DNA of 64,000 nucleotides, from assembly GCF_009914755.1 (NCBI RefSeq), contig NC_060940.1; one strand, 5' to 3'. Below are positions 60,901 through 64,000 of the stretch, one piece after another. The stretch's first letter is position 1, and each line of letters begins with the position of its first letter. Made by a program: the position numbers and the translations under genes. Source of the DNA: the human T2T-CHM13v2.0 reference genome, Homo sapiens. Under the pieces are notes generated by a model. It saw only the letters and a list, made by a program, of their open reading frames with translations. It made no database searches and had not been told where the DNA came from.

Positions 60901-63900
60901 CAGTCTTTTTATAATATATGGAAGTGGACATTTGGAGCGATTTGAGGCCTATGGTGAAAAAGGAAATATCTTCCCATAAAATCTAGACAGAAGGATTCTC
61001 AGAAACTTGTTTGGGATGTGTGTACTCAACTAACAGTGTTGAAACTTTGTTTTGATAGAGCAGCTTTCAAACACTCTTTTTGTAAAATCTGCAAGTGGAT
61101 ATTTGGACAGCTTTGAGGATTTCGTTGGAAACGGGATTCTCTTCATATAAAAAGTAGACGTAAGCCTTCTGAGAAACGTCTTTGTGATGTTTCCATTCAA
61201 GTCTCAGAGTTGAACATTCCCTTTCATAGAGCAGGTTTGAAACACTCATTTTGTAGTATCTGGAAGTGGACATTTGGAGCGCTTTGAGGCCTATGGTGGA
61301 ATAGGAAATCTCTTCCCAAAAAAACTAGACAGAAGCATTCTCAGAAACTTGTTTGTCATGTGTCTACTCAACTAACAGAGTTGAACCTTTCTCTTGATAG
61401 AGCAGATCGGAAACACTCTGTTTGTAGAATCTGCAAGTGGATATTTGCATAGATTTGAGGATTTCGTTGGAAACGGGAATATCGTCATATGAAATCTAGA
61501 CGGTTGCTTTCTCAGAAACTTCGTTATGATGATTGCATTCAAGTCACAGAGTTGAACATTCCCTTTCATGGAGCAGGTATGAAACACTCTTTTTGTAGAA
61601 TCTGGAAGTGGACATTTGGAGTGCTTTGAGGCCTATGGTGAAAAAGGAAATCTCTTCCCATAAAAACTAGACAGAAGCATTCTCAGAAACTTGTTTGTCA
61701 TGTGTGTACTCAACTAACAGTGTTGAAGCTTTCTTTTAATGAAGCAGTTTTCAAACTCTCTTTTAAAAGAATCTGGAAGTGGATATTTTGATAGCGTTCA
61801 GGATTTCATTGGAAACGGGAATAGCTTCATATAAAATGTCGACAGAAGTATTCTCAGAAACTACTTTGTGATGTTTGCATTCAAGTCACAGAGTTTAACA
61901 ATCCCTTTCATAGAGAAGGTTTGAAACACTCTTTTTGTGGTATCTGGAAGTGGACATTTGGAGCGCTTGTGGTCTATGGTGAAAAATAAAACTTCTTCCC
62001 ATAAAAACTAGACTGAAGCATTCTCAGAAACTTGTTCCTCATGAGTGTACTAAATTAATAGAGTTGAACCTTTCTTTTGGTAGAGCAGATTCAAAACACG
62101 CTTTTTGTGGAATCTGCAAGTGGATACTTGGATTGCTTTGAGGATTTCGTTGGAAACGGGAATATCTCTATATAAAAAGAAGAAGCATCCTCAGAAACTT
62201 CTTTATGATGTTTGCATTCAAGTCACAGAGTTGAACATTCCCTTTCACAGAGCAGGTACGAAACAGTCTTTTTATCGTATCTGGAAGTGGACATTTGGAG
62301 CGCTTTGAGGCCTATGGTGAAAAAGGAAATATCTTCCCATAAAATCTAGACAGAAGGATTCTCAGAAACTTGTTTGGGATGTGTGTACTCAACTAACAGT
62401 GTTGAAACTTTGTTTTGATAGAGCAGCTTTCAAACACTCTTTTTGTAAAATCTGCAAGTGGATATTTGGATAGCTTTGAGGATTTCATTGGAAACGGGAT
62501 TATCTTCATATAAAAAGTAGACGTAAGCTTTCTGAGATACGTCTTTGTGATGTTCCCATTCAAGTCTCAGAGTTGAACATTCCCATTCATAGACCAGGTT
62601 TGAAACACTCTTTTTGTAGAATCTGGAAGTGGACATTTGGAGCGCTTTGAGGCCTCTGGTGGAATAGGAAATCTCTTCCCATAAAAACTAGACAGAAGTA
62701 TTCTCAGAAACTTGTTTGTCATGTGTCTACTCAACTAACAGAGTTGAACCTTTCTCTTGATAGAGCAGATCGGAAACACTCCGTTTGTAGAATCTGCAAG
62801 TGGATATTTGCATAGCTTTGAGGATTTCGTTGGAAACGGGAATATCATCATATAAAATCGAGGCACATGCATTCTCAGAAACTTCGTTATGATGATTGCA
62901 TTCAAGACACAGGGTTGAACATTCCCTTTCATAGAGCAGGTATGAAACACTCTTTTTGTAGAATCTGGAAGTGGACATTTGGAGCGCTTGGAGGCCTATG
63001 GTGAAAAAGGAAATCTCTTCCCATAAAAACTAGACAGAAGCATTCTCAGAAACTTGTTTTTGATGTGTGTACTCAAGTAACAGAGTTGAACCTTTCTTTC
63101 GATAGAGCAGTTTTGAAACACTCTTGTTATACAATCCGCAAGTGGATATTTGGATTGCTTTGAGGATTTCGTTGGAAACAGGATTATCTCCATATGAAAA
63201 GAAGAAGCATCTCAGAAACTTCTTTGTGATGTTTAATTTCAAGTCACAGAGTTGAGCATTCCCTTTTACAGAGCAGGTTTGAAACAGTCTTTTTCTAGTA
63301 TCTGGAAGTGGACATTCCGAAGGCTTTGAGGCCTATGGTGAAAAAGGAAATCTCTTCCCATAAAAAGTAGACAGAAGCATTCTCAGAAACTTGTTTGTGA
63401 TGTGGGTACTCAACTAACAGGGTTGACCCTTTCTTTTGAGAGAGCAGATTTGAAACACTCTTTTTGCAGGATCTGCAAGTGGATATTTGGATAGCTTTGA
63501 GGATTTCGGAGGAAACGGGAATATCTTTATATAAAAAGCAGACAGAAGCATTTTCAGAAACTTCATTGTGATGTACGCATTCAAGTCCCAGAGTTGAACA
63601 TTCCCTTCCGTGGAGCAGGTTTCAAACACTCTTTTTGTTGTATCTGGAAATGGACATTTGGAGCGCTTTGAGGCCTACGGTGAAAAAGGAAACATCTTCA
63701 CATAAAAACTAGACAGAAGCATTCTCAGAAACTTGTTTGTCATGTGTGTAATCAACTAACAGTGTTGAAGCTTTCTTTTAATGAAGCAGTTTTCAAACTC
63801 TCTTTTAGAAGAATCTGCAAGTGGATATTTGGATAGCGTTGAGGATTTCGTTGGAAACGGGAATAGCTTCATATAAAATCTCGACAGAAGTATTCTCAGA

Positions 63901-64000
63901 ATCTACTTTGTGATGTTTGCATTCAAGTCACAGAGTTTAACAATCCCTTTCATAGAGCAGGTTTGAAACACTCTTTTGGTGGTATCTGGAAGTGGGCATT
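55000..64000 (+). repeat. Alpha satellite, A/B dimeric SF2-like (archaic SF02-type), forming a divergent higher-order repeat from ~57600
   Basis: Near-regular alternation of CTTGTTTGTGATGTGTGTACTCAACTAACAGAG...CENP-B-box monomers with CATTCAAGTCACAGAG...GCAGGTTTGAAAC A-box monomers (D1/D2-like signatures). Retains GGGAATATCTTC rather than the modern SF2 GGGATTACA deletion. Internal periods of ~1362 and ~3403 bp. Confidence 0.85.

Overview
Human pericentromeric DNA with no host genes. The human origin is shown by a human-specific AluYb8 and an L1HS-Ta. About 85% of the window is 171-bp alpha satellite in three layers. (i) 1-16382: divergent monomeric A-type (pJ-alpha) satellite in which I saw no CENP-B boxes, in reverse orientation. 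(ii) 20934-~55000: forward-orientation mixed A/B monomers with many CENP-B boxes (SF5, R1/R2-like). (iii) ~55000-64000: A/B dimeric SF2-like (archaic SF02-type) satellite that becomes a divergent higher-order repeat. This order suggests the centromere core lies to the right. Six L1-machinery insertions interrupt the satellite, all on the minus strand: AluYb8, a twin-primed L1 with 3' transduction, a 4.55-kb 5'-intact/3'-truncated L1 sitting exactly on the satellite strand switch, a truncated L1 with 3' transduction, an L1HS-Ta and a full-length SVA. Nearly all ORFs in the track are artefacts of the 171 (=57x3) bp repeat. I found no evidence for a new gene-encoded system. The most unusual observations are the symmetric inversion junction, a short alpha-satellite-like patch inside L1 ORF2, and recurrent insertion registers within the monomer.
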